Positions 1 through 14,225 of a stretch of 64,000 nucleotides of DNA are shown in pieces (positions within the stretch are counted from its first letter, which is position 1; every line of letters begins with the position of its first letter). The notes beneath the pieces are model-generated. The model worked only from the letters and a program-made list of their open reading frames with translations, was not told the DNA's origin and did not search any database. Position numbers and translations under genes: made by a program. The DNA is from Octopus vulgaris (taxonomy: Eukaryota). Where the stretch lies: NCBI GenBank assembly GCA_951406725.2, contig OX597828.1:67642001-67706000 (forward strand), written 5' to 3'.

Positions 1-149
1 TTCTGGTATAGTCCGGACAATCCACCCCAGTAAACTGATTGGGTCGCCCCAAAATGTTGAAAGGCAAAGCTCACTTCAGTGTGATTTGAACTCAGTGCGC
101 AGAGCATCGGAATGAAATCCACAAAGTATTTTATCCGACGCTCTAATGA

Positions 150-362
150 GGATTTTAAATTTTAGCACAAGGCCAGCAACTTCGAGGGAGGTGATTAGTC
201 GATTACATCGATCCCAGTGCTCAACTGGTACTTATTTTATCGATCCTAAAAAGATGAAAGGGAAAGTCGACCTCAGCGGAATTTGAGCTCAGAGCGCAAA
301 GACTGACGAAATGCCGCTCGGTATTTTGCCCGGCGTGCTAACGATTCTACCAGCTCGGCGCC
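150..362 (-). mobile_element. Older SINE family A subfamily (alternative tail ggccttgtgctaaaattt)
   Basis: Reverse complement of the same head/core with a different 3' tail. Similar decayed copies at ~1-145, 8720-9130, 9270-9395, 48530-48690, 49328-49545, 57135-57290 and 63340-63455. Confidence 0.75.
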
Positions 363-478
363 CTATCCGGCACTTTAATGATAAGGTTCATTAGTCACCG
401 TTTTAGATGATGTCTCTAAATACTGGAGGGCTTAGGTGACTGTTAACATAATGTAATCCAGGTTACCATAAGGTTTAA

Positions 479-962
479 GGCGGCGAGCTGTCAGGAACGT
501 TAGCACGCCGGGCGAAATGCTTAGCAGTATTTCGTTTTGTTTGTCCTTGTTTGTCCTCTCTGTGTTTAGCCCCTTGTGAGTAGTAAAGAAACAGGTATTT
601 CGTCTGTCGTTACGTTCTGAGTTCAAATTCCGCCGAGGTCGACTTTGCCTTTCATCCTTTCGGGGTCGATAAATTAAGTACCAGTTACGCACTGGGGTCG
701 ATGTAATCGACTTAATACCTATGTCTGTCCTTGTTTGTCCCCTCTATGTTTAGCCCCTTGTGGATAATAATGAAATAGGTATTCCATCTGTCGTTACGTT
801 CTGAGTTCAAATTCCGCCGAGGTCGCCTTTGCCTTTCATCCTTTCGGGGTCGATTAAATAAAGTACCAGTTACGCACTGGGGTCGATATAATCGACTTAA
901 TCCGTTTGTCTGTCTTTGTTTGTCCTCTCTGTGTTTAGCCCCTTGTGGGTAGTAAAGAAATA
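479..962 (+). mobile_element. tRNA-derived SINE family A (Meta/MESC-like core), multimer with three tails
   Basis: Head ggcggcgagctg..B-box-like gagttcaaattcc; core ctttcatcctttcggggtcgataaattaagtaccag; tail gccccttgtgggtagtaaagaaata. Confidence 0.88.
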
Positions 963-1695
963 GGTATGAAAATAGATTATCTTGAAAATTATTACAAAAG
1001 AAAGAATTTTCTTTTCCTTTTGTACTACACACATTCGTTTTTCTCAACTCTTGTCCCTAGCTCCGACCTAACAATCCTCAGATTTTTCAACTGCCTTTTC
1101 TAGACATTTTTTTATCTGCGGATTTTGCTTTTTCACAAACTAACCTGTAGGCAGTTGTACAACCACTTGAATAAACCACTTCTCTTGTGCGTCAACATGT
1201 GTACAGAACAGCTACACAGACTTATTATCTTTGCAACAATCATTTCAGTTCTACAGTTAAATATTTGACAACGACGCCTCAGTATCACAATTCGCTAAAA
1301 CTAATCCATCTTTGGTAAGTTCTATAAACATTGAAGATTTCAATGGAAGCCTAATTTACTGTTACAAGCCATCGTAGCTTAAACCAAAGTCAGCAGCCCT
1401 AGCTACTCACATAATACGACTATTGTAAATTAACCATAGCATTCTGAACGGTTACACATCATCCCTCGTTCACTTACTTTGTCCTTTTGCAATAATATGA
1501 ACTCAATTTTGTGTGACGCCGCAGTTTTATATAATACACGAACACTTATCTGTATTTACTTTGAGTCACATTGTTTGTGAATTAGATCACATTACAATAC
1601 TTATTAATAATTGCAGTAAGGCGATCTCAATCAACATTACAGGTGGAGATTTATATATAGGTACTTATACATAACATGTAAATATGTGTATCGCT

Positions 1696-1742
1696 CTGTG
1701 TGTGTGCGTGTGTGTGTGTGTGTGTGTGTATGCGTGTGTGTT

Positions 1743-1773
<31 letters not shown>

Positions 1774-1909
1774 ATGCGTGTGTGTGTGCGTGTGTGTGCG
1801 TGTGTGTGTGTGTGTGTGCGCGTGTGCGTGTGTGTGTGCGTGTGTGTGTGTGTGCGCGTGTGTGTGTGTGTGTATGCGTGTGTGTGTGTGCGTGTGTGTG
1901 CGTGTGCGC

Positions 1910-1951
<42 letters not shown>
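1696..1951. repeat. (TG)n/(TGCG) microsatellite, representative of dozens of (TG)n, (TA)n, (TAGA)n, (TACA)n, (AG)n, (AAAG)n arrays
   Basis: Direct inspection. Confidence 0.98.
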
Positions 1952-1958
<7 letters not shown>

Positions 1959-2842
1959 GTGTAAATATGTATTTTGCTGTATTTCTGTGTCACATTTTAC
2001 GCCATACTAACACAAAGTCAATTAAATTGTCACACGAGTCACGCTTTATTTATCAACAGCGGATGTGTGAAAGAAAGAGGATGGGTGAACGGGAGAGAGA
2101 GAGAGGGAGAGGGAGAGAGAGAGAGAGAGGATGGGTGAACGGGAGAGAGGGAGAGAAAGAGGGAGAGAGAGAGAGAGACCTACGGATTTTTGGTGACGAC
2201 GACGACGACGATGGTGGTGTTGCTGGTACCGGTGCTGGTCATGGTGTTGGCGATGGTGGTGGTGCTGCTGGTGATGCTGGTGATGCTGGTGGTGATGATG
2301 ATGATCATCATGATCATGATCATGATGATGATGATCGTGATGATAGAGGTTGACTCAGTAATACGCATGACTAGTGTTTCGAAATTAGCTCCACAGATTA
2401 GATGACGTTCTATCTCAGTTGATGGATATTACAGCTTATATACCGCGACTGCTACAAAGCTGTCTCTTCTCAGTTAAATGCAATGCGGAATCATAACATT
2501 TAGCAACTGGACACAGACAGAAGTTTATTTAAACGAAAACCGGATACAAACACGGTGTTTCTCTCTCATGATTGGCTGACGTATCACCTTCCAGATAGAA
2601 GAATTAGCTTGCTTCAGTATATGTACCCTTGAATGGCTGAAAAGACCAACCAATATTAAAATGACCCGTTGAATATTAGAAGGGATTATAAGTATCCACG
2701 GAGCATTTTCTTTCTTGTCATCAGGTTCTGTTTTTGTGTGTTTCATGACATTTTTTTCAAAATACAAGAACACATTCAATATATATTTTTTCTCCATGTT
2801 TACTCTATTAATTGCAATTATTTCCCAAATTTCTATACGAAT

Positions 2843-3075
2843 TACCTGTTTTTGTATCGTAATTTTGGTTTCTGAGGAGGTCTTTTCGCAGGATTCAGTC
2901 CTCCATAAAGTAAACACTTGAGAATTTTTTCATCTTCCCATACGAACTAATATGACCTGTCTCTGACCGCAACATTGCAAGAGGGCTTCTAGAATGAGTA
3001 CCAGATTTTTTAAAAAATAAATACTCAGAATTTTAACAAGTAGGACCCGTTAAAATAATTTTTCTCAAATATTTT
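2843..3075 (-). pseudogene. Degenerate RTE-clade LINE, RT C-terminal remnant
   Basis: With frameshifts it reads GHIVRMEDEKILKCLLYGGLNPAKRPPQKPKLRYKN, matching the RTE motif GHVxRMxDxRIPKxLLYGEL..GxR..GRPxxRYKD. Confidence 0.8.
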
Positions 3076-4378
3076 AACAGAGCAAGAAGATGGAAAAAAT
3101 TCATGTTGTCGCTATTGTAGCTAAGAATAGACCACACTTCCAAGAATGGCATGAAGCCTATTGGGGTCATAGTGTTGTAAGGGATTGTAATTCATTTCTA
3201 ATTCATTTATCTCTATGAACTACTAAATCTAAGGCTAGAAGACTGTGTCTATTTTGAATAATGGACAAGAGTGTGTTGACAGCTCATGGCTAGGAATGGT
3301 CATAAAAATTATCATATGTATCCCTTTTCCTCAGAGAGGAAAGAAGACATTAGAAGTAGTCAATTGGATATAAGTAACTGTCTACAAAAAGAGACTGGGT
3401 AGGAGAAGGCTTTAAATCTTGATGTTAATTACCAGTTAAAGGAGCAAGACGCCTAGAAACCTAAGATGTTAATACAGAGAAAATTTCATTTTGGGGCACT
3501 ATGGGTGATTGTTTATAAACAATATTGTTATGTTGTATAAAAATAAAATTTAAGATTTTCAAAAATGATATCATAACCAAAATATACAAATGTGTGTATA
3601 TATCAATTATAAACATTAAAAAGGAAAGATTACATAGAATCAGTTTAATATTCACTCATGTACTTAATTACTTATTAGGTAGTTTCTATAAAGACTGCTC
3701 ATGGAATAGCTGGAAAGATATACATGCTATCTATTAATTTTAAACCATGAATCAGAAAAAAGTAAAGATGCATACAGGTACACACGCATTTATATATATG
3801 CATATATGCATATACACAAATATTTATACGTCTACATGGATATAGTATAACCATCTCGTATGGACTTAAGTAACTGAAAAATATCTATTTAAGAGTAAGA
3901 AAAGTAACAATTTATAAGGGATAAAAGGTTAATAGGTAAGGATATCAAAATAAGAAAACAAAATAAGAAATTTATAGAAAATAACAAGAAATACATATAA
4001 CCTACATTTAAAGAGACAGGGGTTTAAAGTTTGAGGCAGGGAAGAGATAAAGGTAACCCGAAACGAGGGGGTAATAGGTATGGAAGTAGTGAGGGCAATT
4101 AAAGGTATTCAGACCGAAGAGATTTTATAACTTATAATGTTACAGGTGCTATTGTGTGTATAGTTTTATAGCTTCTAGAGGGTTTATGATTTGGTCGAAA
4201 AGAGACTTACTTACATAAAGTCTCTACAAATATACATAATGTGATCAGTAGGGTAGAACATCATAGAAAGGAAAAAATAGTGTAATCACCAAATAGGATG
4301 AAGACAGACTAACTAGGCAGGGGTTATCATGGGATAGTATTATATATAACATAACACATACCATAACATGTAGCTTAT

Positions 4379-4433
<55 letters not shown>

Positions 4434-5692
4434 CTATGTTATATTCTGTTAGGAACGTATTTGAGTACAGTATAAACCTCGTTCACCTTCAGAATTACTC
4501 AGTACTATCGGTAGTATTATTATATACTTCCAAGTTTAACTTAGGGCATTCGTCGTGTGTGAATGTAAAATTGAAGAGACTGGTGTCAAGAAGAAGAAGT
4601 ACGGTTGGACATTTATTTATTATTCGCTACAATTGTTTCGAGGCAACGTAGTTCTCCAAGAATATAGGTATTTGATTATGCAACTGTTTATTTGCATAAT
4701 GAGATTTAGGTGTGTTTCCTCAGGTGATATACAAGTGTTGTCTCCATTAGTTTAAAATTATCGATTTTAACGCCATGTTCGTCATAGTTTGAATTTGGTA
4801 GCGGCTGATAGACCCACGGTATTTATGTGTATATATATATATATAGTAACACCCCCACCACCCTGCCCTGTCCCTAGCCATATTCAGATGGCTTTAGTCC
4901 CTTATGTTATATATATATATATATACATATATCAGAGGCCTGCAATATGCCGATGATACCATCTTATAATCAACGATAGGGAGCACAAGAATTTGTTGTC
5001 TCGCCTAAAACACGCCAGGTAAGGTCTACACCTAAAACACCGACGAGATTAAGATAGTGGTCAGGTGTGGGTCGATAAATGCCGAATGGTTCATTAGACG
5101 ATCACTTGTGCATATCTAGATATCTACATCTATTGGGACTATCACGGCAGCAAGGAGACCCGCCGAGTCTGAGTATGTGCCGCTCAGAGTATAGTTAGTT
5201 TGCTCTTGAGTAAAAAGGAGACAGATAACACAAAGATTGTTCCTAAAATCACTGGATCTTCTCAGTGATTCTGTACAGCTGCGCGTCAGTAAGTTACAAT
5301 GACTCAAGAGTCAGTGCAACTAAAACCTTAATAACAGTGCACTTTCAGTAACTTCGAGGTGTGAGGTCACCGTTCAAGTATGTGAGTACTTTGGACTACC
5401 CACACCTTTGACAAATAGATTCGAGACAAAGTAGGCAATCCTCTCAGCCTAGCCATTTATATTGTCAGCCATTTAGTAGTCTCTAACAACACCATGCTTG
5501 GAATTATCCAGGGCAAATGTCGACAGAGAGTATAAGTCACCAGTTAGACTGATGACGTAAAAGAGAGGATAGGCATCAGACAAAACATCAGCTGAGCGAT
5601 TCCTAGAGCGGATCAGCGCTATGAGGATTAGTGAAGCAAGTCATAAGGGGATCGTTCTTTGAACTGATGCTGCAAGGAGGATGTGCATGTGT

Positions 5693-6023
<331 letters not shown>

Positions 6024-6164
6024 TTTGGAATTATCCAGTAATTTTTTACTAGTTTTTGTTTTATTGTTGTTAATCTTCTTGTGTGTGTATTTTTGTGTGT
6101 TGTGTTTTTTGTGTCTTGCTTTTTTGTTGTGGTAGTTTTCTTAGATAACCTAAATTATAATTTT

Positions 6165-6243
<79 letters not shown>

Positions 6244-6489
6244 GCTATTTGTATGTGTGTTTGTTTATGTTTTTCTATAAATTTCAACAATATATATATA
6301 TATAAGTTTGATTAAGTTTTTGTTTGGTTGAGTGTGTGTAAAGATACTTAATTCCATCGATGTGGATAAAAAACAATACAAATATATTGTATATATATAT
6401 ATATATGTGTATATATATATATATATATATGTTGTATATATATTTTGTTTTTTATTATATATAACACATATTTATATATATATATTATA

Positions 6490-6530
<41 letters not shown>

Positions 6531-7047
6531 AGTTGTGTGTGTGTTATTGTAGTTTTGGTGTGTGTGTGTGTGGTGTGTGTGCACGTGTGGAGTGTTTCTT
6601 ATATGTATTTAGGTGTGTGTGGATGTGTGTGTGTAGAAGTGTGGGTGTGTGGCGTGTCATGTATACTGTGTGTGTGTTCCTGTGTGTCTTGTTGTGTGTG
6701 GGTTGTTGTGACTTTGTTGGTGTCTTCTGTGTAGTCAGGATTTCTGAGTGTTGTGGGATGTGTGTGTGTGTGTGTGTGTGTGTGGTTTTATGGGCTATGT
6801 GTGGTTTGTGTGTGTGTGTGTGTTGTATGTGTGTGTGTTGATGTGTGTATGTCTGTGTGTGTGTGTATATATATATATAATATATATCCAGTAATTTGGA
6901 ATTATCCAGTAATTTTTTACTAGTTTTATTTTGTCTTTTTGTCTTCTCTCCTTGTGTTGTATGGGCATTTAATGTGGTTTTAGAGTCAGATCTTGGCTGC
7001 TATTTTCAGCATGGTAGTTTTTCTTAGATAACCTAAATTATAATTTT

Positions 7048-7095
<48 letters not shown>

Positions 7096-7370
7096 CATAT
7101 ATATTGCTTATACACCTGTCTTCGTTTTTTGTTTTTCTATAAATTTCAACAATATATATATATATATATAAGTTTGATTAAGTTTTGCCTTTTGGTTGAG
7201 GTTTTTTTGTGTAAAGATACTTAATTCCATCGATGTGGATCTTTTGATGTGCAATGGCAACGGAAGATACAATTTCGCAAGTGACTGAAGGACACACGCA
7301 CACAAACACGCCTATGTATATATGCATATATGTATATATGTATATATGCATATATGTATATATGTATATA

Positions 7371-7436
<66 letters not shown>

Positions 7437-9478
7437 CATACATTATTATTATTATTTTATATATATATATATAATATATATATATATCCCAAAAGGCAAA
7501 GCTTAATCATTTGATAAACAGAAATCGATAAAATACGTATAGGAGATGAAATAATTACTGGGGTCAACATGATTGATTAAAACCAATGAAGCCGGTGCCC
7601 AGCATGACTGCAGTCCAATGGCTTAAACCAGTGAAAGAATAAAAGTACAGACTGAAACGTATCATATTTTCTATGTATCCAATCAGTTGCGATATATTTT
7701 TCTCCGGTTTCAAAGAGGTTATCAAGCATCTCTGATCTATATGGACAATTGGTGAACGGTTGGTTCTGTGTTGGAGACAATATGGAAAACGACTTTTAGA
7801 TAATCAATCTATTTGTGGAATGGTGTTTGATAAATCTTTTCTGGCTCACTGAACAATAATAGCGAACAATGGAACAACAACAGTGATTTCAACCTATATC
7901 ATCTATTTATTGATTCATTCGCATTCATTCATTCATCCATTAATTCACGCATCAGTGTCAATATATTACTGTGTGTGCGACAGAGACGGGAGAGAAAGAG
8001 AGAGTAAGGGAAGAGAGAGAGTTGAAGTGGGAGAATAATGATCAATTTATCCAGCGCAATGATACGATATTGATATTTAGTTGAACTTCATTGGTTTGAG
8101 GTATCCACTAGGATCAACCATGGAGATTTCAGGAAAAGTTTTGTGATTGGTTTGGCAGCAGAAGTGTTGTAACTTGCATGCGTTTTCCAAAATCTGTAGC
8201 GACATAAATGAAATGCAAGGAATGCAAATAAAGACAAGGAATGCAAACCGGGACCCAAATATGTTTGAAATGTAGAATCAAGAAAAGCTCCCAATACAAA
8301 ACAAGTGTATAATATTTCTACATTATAAACTGAGATTATTCGTTGAACATAACAAGCTCGGCAACACTGACATATAATAACAAATCTGCTGATGATATTC
8401 TGTGGGTGATTTTATATCTGCGGTAAAGATTTAGTTCGTTGACAGACAGAAAGAGTATAACAGTTAAGATGTCCGTAAGTTGTTGTAGGAAACATTATCT
8501 GTCTTTACGAAACTAAGCAAAGGTAATTTTGAGGTGGAGGAAGGGAAGCCGTATATGACTTAATGATAACATCTCACTGTCGATGCTTGTGTAATTTACA
8601 TGACTGCAAATAAACAAACAGCAATTGAAGTGTTGATATAAATACACATAAAGGAAATACTTGCAAGAACATGGAAACAGAACAGGATGTTAATTCAAAG
8701 ACTAATAAGTAATATTCTTATACCGGACAAGGCCAGGAATTGGGGATATATCGGCCTGTGTGATTGGTATTTCATTTTATTGATCCGGGGAGATGAAAGA
8801 CAAAGTTGACTTCAACAATATTTGAACTCAGATGGCAAAGAACCGTAACAACAACCGCAAGCATATTCTCCTATGCTCTACTGATTCTGTCAATCAAACG
8901 CGATGCTCACCATCATAATACCGATTTCTGATTTAAGTACAAGGCCAGCACTTTTGAAGGGGGAATTTTATCGACTCCAGTACATGATTGGTACTTTATC
9001 TTATTGATCGCAGAGAGATGAAAGCAAAGTTGATTTGAGTGGGATTTGAACTCAGAAGGTAAAGAGGTGGAACAAGTAACACAGGACATATTACTGGACA
9101 ATCTACCGAGTTTGTCGATCTATCGCCATGTTAATAATAATAATGATGGTTTCCTCTGTGGGCTGCCATGACACAAGACGCGTACAAAAACATGAAAGCT
9201 GGGGGAGGGAGGTGGCATCAAATAAAATCTTCGGTAACAAAAGCCAAGAATAAAGGGTAAAAACGGTATGAAATTTTGGCACAGGGTCAACAATTTCAGA
9301 GAAGGGGTTAGGTCGACCCCAGTGCTCAGCTGGTACTTATTTTATTGATTCTGGAAGGATGAAAAGTGAAGTCGACCTCGGCGGAACTTGAAAGAATAAA
9401 GAGTAATAATAATAATTTCTTATTTAGTTTTTGGATTTGGTGTGCAAGGTTCTTTATGTGAGTTCGTGTGTTGAAGCA

Positions 9479-9716
9479 TATTCTGTTGTGTCTGGGAAGA
9501 GTCATTCTCTTTTTGTGCCTTATTATTTAACACATTCAAAGGTAAAATTTCCACTTTTTTCTTATTTTTATTGTCCTAAAATTTTCGTTGCGTCTTCCAA
9601 ACTTTTCAATAGTTTTGAGAGTCAAAACTATTGAAAAGGTTGCAAGACGCAACGGTGAGTGTGTTAAATAATAAGGCACAAAAAGAAAATGACTCTCCCC
9701 AGACACAACAAGAATA
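9479..9716. repeat. Nested inverted repeat/large hairpin (duplicate at 27822-28058)
   Basis: Outer ~60 bp arms 9479-9538/9656-9716 and inner ~33 bp arms ~9587-9619/9622-9654 with a 3-nt loop. Confidence 0.9.
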
Positions 9717-9815
9717 ATTTCTTAGATAAAAGCAAAATAACAAGAAAGAATCTCAAAATGGAGGACTACATAGAGCGGCGCCTCCTCAACAATTATGGAG
9801 GTCACAGAGTTCCTA

Positions 9816-10809
9816 AATCCGCATACAGCCATAATCATGATCTCACAGTGTGCCCACTCTTCATCATCCACTGCATCTCCAGACTTTGTTGGTGTGAATG
9901 TTGGTAGCAGAGGGATCTTCTCACCAGCAAAACCTGCCTCTTCTAAAAGAAGCAAAAGACCAGACCCCCGTCAGCTTTTCACATGTTTTGTGGGATACGT
10001 TACGACGGTCAGCCAGTCATACACCAATGCAGCGAAGCGATTTTAGCCATCACCATCCGAGTTTTCTGGAACGCCATTAAATCATAAATAAACAAGCTCA
10101 AGTATGAAAAACAGATATATGTGTGTTTTAATGATATTATCTACATTTTATATACAAAAAACAGGAATTCAAGGATTGTTCAATATCTTTCAGTAAATTA
10201 TGACACTTATTTTCACAAGAAAAAACTGACAGCTATTTCTAAGTTTTAGCTTAGTCAGCATCGTCTGGTGAAGGTGATTAAGTACCTTAACAGCTACATT
10301 TCTTTTCTTTTTTGTGACGGCAGGTGGAGATCAGCTCAGACTTGTTTAATTCGTGACAGCTTAGTGTTAAAATATTAAACGTTTCTGATAAACAAAGCAT
10401 ACATCAATGTATACATCATCATCATCATCGTCGTCGTCGTCGTCGTCATCATCATCATCTTCACCATTATCTGGTTTTCTTTCAGCGATAGAACCAGTTA
10501 ACTCTGAAATTGTGTCTCTGTTCTCTGTCTCAAGTAACAATCAGTATGAAACAGTTACGTTTGTTAAAAATTCTTGAAGGAATATTTTTGTTCCGAGTTT
10601 TCTTTTTGTTAAAAGTGCTTTCAATAATCCAATAAAGCGTTTCTTCCACAGCCTCTGTGAAAGTCATCATTCCACGGCACACAGTTGGCTTTGTGACACC
10701 CACGAGGACAGGACGTCGTATTAGTGCAGTTTTATTGAAGTGATGGGTTTGGAATCTATCAATATATGGATTTTCTGTCGTTGATCATGATTATGGCTGT
10801 ATGCGGATT
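9816..10809. repeat. Perfect 27-bp inverted repeat pair ~940 bp apart
   Basis: aatccgcatacagccataatcatgatc (9816-9842) is the reverse complement of 10783-10809. Also at 28157-28183/29122-29148. Confidence 0.92.
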
Positions 10810-11026
10810 CATGGTTCAACTATAAGCTAACTTTGACATTATTTTTATTGAATAGTTGGTGATGACGATGGCTGACGCAGGGCGGTGTTTACTTGTAAGA
10901 CAAGGGAAGCTGGCAGACATATTGAAGTTACACAGTTAAACAGAAGGGGAGAAGTTGAGCATCTTATACATACACAGGCACATATCTCACATGCACATAA
11001 ACATATAAACATATGTGTCCGTGTAT

Positions 11027-11070
<44 letters not shown>

Positions 11071-11330
11071 GCATATATATAAATATGTATATATATGTAT
11101 ATATGTGTGTGTGTATATATATATATACACGCACTTATATATACATATATACATATATAAATATATATATATGCGCATACATATATTTGCACATACACAC
11201 GCATATATATATAAAGACACACATATATATACATATATATATATACACACATATATATATATATATTTATTTATTTATTTATATATTTACGCGTCTATGC
11301 GTGCTTGTATGTGCGTATGTGTGTGTGTCT

Positions 11331-11366
<36 letters not shown>

Positions 11367-11554
11367 TACTTCATTTGCTTACTGATTTGTTTGTTAGAAA
11401 CCTGTGTGTGTGTGTGTGTCTGTGTGTGTGTGTGTGTAACAAATACTTATATTTATTTCTATTTGATGTAGGTCATTAAAGTTTTTTTTTTGCAGTGAAT
11501 AAAGCTAAATAGTACCATGGCCATCACTACGATCATCATCGTCAGTGCCCTCAT

Positions 11555-11555
11555 A

Positions 11556-11617
<62 letters not shown>

Positions 11618-11695
11618 CACCACCACTACTACCACTACTACTACCACCACCACCACCACCCACCACCACTACTACTACTATTACTATTATTATAT

Positions 11696-11732
<37 letters not shown>

Positions 11733-11733
11733 C
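11555..11733. repeat. (CTA/CCA)n followed by (TAG)n trinucleotide arrays
   Basis: Direct inspection; the two arrays are mutually complementary. Confidence 0.95.
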
Positions 11734-12113
11734 AATAGTTTCCTGTAGGTATTTCTATTGTCGCTCTCTCTTTTTGTGATTGCTTAGTTATCTTTATCCG
11801 CGTTGTCACTTTTTTTTATAATATGTTTTATATAATTTGATGAATATTTCCAATTTTTTTTTTTCTTTTCTTATTGTTAAATTGTTATTTTTTTTATTTG
11901 CTTGTTTCCATTATTCTTTGGAATGACACACAAAAAAAAAAAAAACTACATTCCTATACTTCAAAAAAAAAAAAACTATACCATTACTGTTGTTGGTATT
12001 GGTTTTACTCCTATTTTTTTATAATGAAAAGAGTCTCCAGTACACATACACCCACACATACATATACACACACACAGACACACACACACGCACATACATC
12101 TGCATACATATAC

Positions 12114-12184
<71 letters not shown>

Positions 12185-12217
12185 TATATACATATATATA
12201 TATACATATATATATAC

Positions 12218-12268
<51 letters not shown>

Positions 12269-12415
12269 CATATATATATACATATATATGCATATAATAA
12301 ACGTCACGTGTATCTCAAATTTTTAGTTTTTTCTTTTGTCTTGTCCATTGATACAGTTTTTTTCCTGAACACACAGACACACATACACACATACACAAAC
12401 ACGCTCACACACAAC

Positions 12416-12446
<31 letters not shown>

Positions 12447-12641
12447 ACATATGCCCGCACGCACACTCCTAGATGGATGTGTGTTTGTGTGCGTGCGTGT
12501 GTGTGTGTGTGTGTGTATGTGTGCGGTGTATACACCCATACATATTGTATAGAAGTAATTATTTCATACTAAAACTCATTCTTCTCAGATGTTAAATGAG
12601 AAGTCCGAACAGGAGTTTATTATTACTCTCACTGCAGAAGT

Positions 12642-12676
<35 letters not shown>

Positions 12677-12763
12677 GTGTTGGTGGTTGATAAAGCTGGT
12701 GCTGTTTCTTTGTTCTTTGATGGGTTGCACCAATACGAAAGAGCTGGAAAATTCTAATGAAAG

Positions 12764-12812
<49 letters not shown>

Positions 12813-12859
12813 ATGAGTGCCTGGATTATTTTAATGCATGTGTATATATATATATATAT

Positions 12860-12908
<49 letters not shown>

Positions 12909-12947
12909 CAGATAGACAGACAGACAGATAGATAGACAGATAGATAA

Positions 12948-13322
12948 GTTTCTTTATTGGCCACACAGGGCTGCACACAGATGGGACAAATTACAAGGTA
13001 GAGCTTTTCCTTTGATGAAAAAAAAACAAAAAAAGAAAGAAACAAAAAAAAGTGGCGTAGGTTTTCGATCAAAAGGGATCGTAAAAGGTGAAAAAGAAAG
13101 AAAAAGAAAAAGAGGAAAAAAGAGGGAGAGGGGAAAAAACGATCAATAGGGATCGTGTATCACAGTGTCATGATGTACGGTGTAAAGGGAAAGCAGATAC
13201 GGTTTATCCGTGGGAAGAAAAGCCTACGAAAAAGACCACGGTAACCTCGGTCAATATTGTTATGTGTTACTACATTTGTTTGCAAGTGGGTAACCCTCTG
13301 TTTTCAAATTCTGGGTTCATAG
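12948..13322 (-). mobile_element. Tx1/L1-like LINE 3' UTR fragment inserted in (TAGA)n; present only in copy 1
   Basis: Minus strand ends ttgtcccatctgtgtgcagccctgtgtggccaataaagaaac, resembling the LINE tail at 45820-45865. Absent from the equivalent region near 31300-31520. Confidence 0.6.
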
Positions 13323-13359
<37 letters not shown>

Positions 13360-13368
13360 GTAGATAGG

Positions 13369-13446
<78 letters not shown>

Positions 13447-13477
13447 CAAACACACATAGAGTCCCCAAAAGCCACAA

Positions 13478-13950
13478 AAATGGCCAGGCATCGATGTCCA
13501 TCAGTCCTAAATAGGAATGAAGGTGAGTTGTCTCGTCTGTCTATGACTCTGATGTGCTTTTAAACCCAATGCTTTGAGAAAGTATTCTCCACCACACCAG
13601 CAGCAGCATACTGGCAAATAATACACGTAGCATATGCGTTAAGTATATGTGGTTAGTACTGTTTATTATGCAACTGCTGGTTTTATTTTATATTTCAGTT
13701 GGTTTGCACACTAAGAGCATATAAGTCGTGGACTGGCGAAATAATTCGTCTCCGATCCTGTCGGATGCACGATGTTGAGAAGCCATAAAAAGGTCGAAAC
13801 ATCGATGTCCGTCACACCTAGATGGGATTGAAGGTGAGTTGTCTCGCCTGTTCATGACTTTTAAGTGTTTTCTATACTCGCTGCTTTGAGAGAACATTCT
13901 CCACCATAGCTTACCTACAAATACTCGAAGCATATACGTTAAGTATATAA
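13478..13950 (+). repeat. Diverged tandem duplication of a ~170 bp unit
   Basis: catcgatgtcc..gaaggtgagttgtctcg..atgact..gctttgaga..ttctccacca..gcatat(g/a)cgttaagtatat at ~13488-13648 and ~13800-13948. Confidence 0.8.
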
Positions 13951-13970
13951 AGCTGATAATGTGTGTGTTT

Positions 13971-14013
<43 letters not shown>

Positions 14014-14063
14014 GTATAATACATATCTGTATATATAATATATATGTGTGTGTGTGAGTGTGT

Positions 14064-14158
<95 letters not shown>

Positions 14159-14184
14159 CATATATATCTATACAATATGTATAT

Positions 14185-14225
<41 letters not shown>

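Noticed and set aside
432-1047. Recurring peptide MRNWYLIYRPRKDERQSRPRRNLNSER as a gene family
   Set aside because: It is the antisense translation of SINE family A
2194-2345. Gly/Asp/His-rich coding segment
   Set aside because: Degenerate trinucleotide repeat (GAT/GGT/GAC) adjacent to other microsatellites
5568-5600. ctgatga near 5549 as a hammerhead core
   Set aside because: No matching GAAA or stems nearby
9689-10080. Short overlapping ORFs as a protein-coding gene
   Set aside because: 60-83 aa, several frames open, no recognisable domain or splice structure
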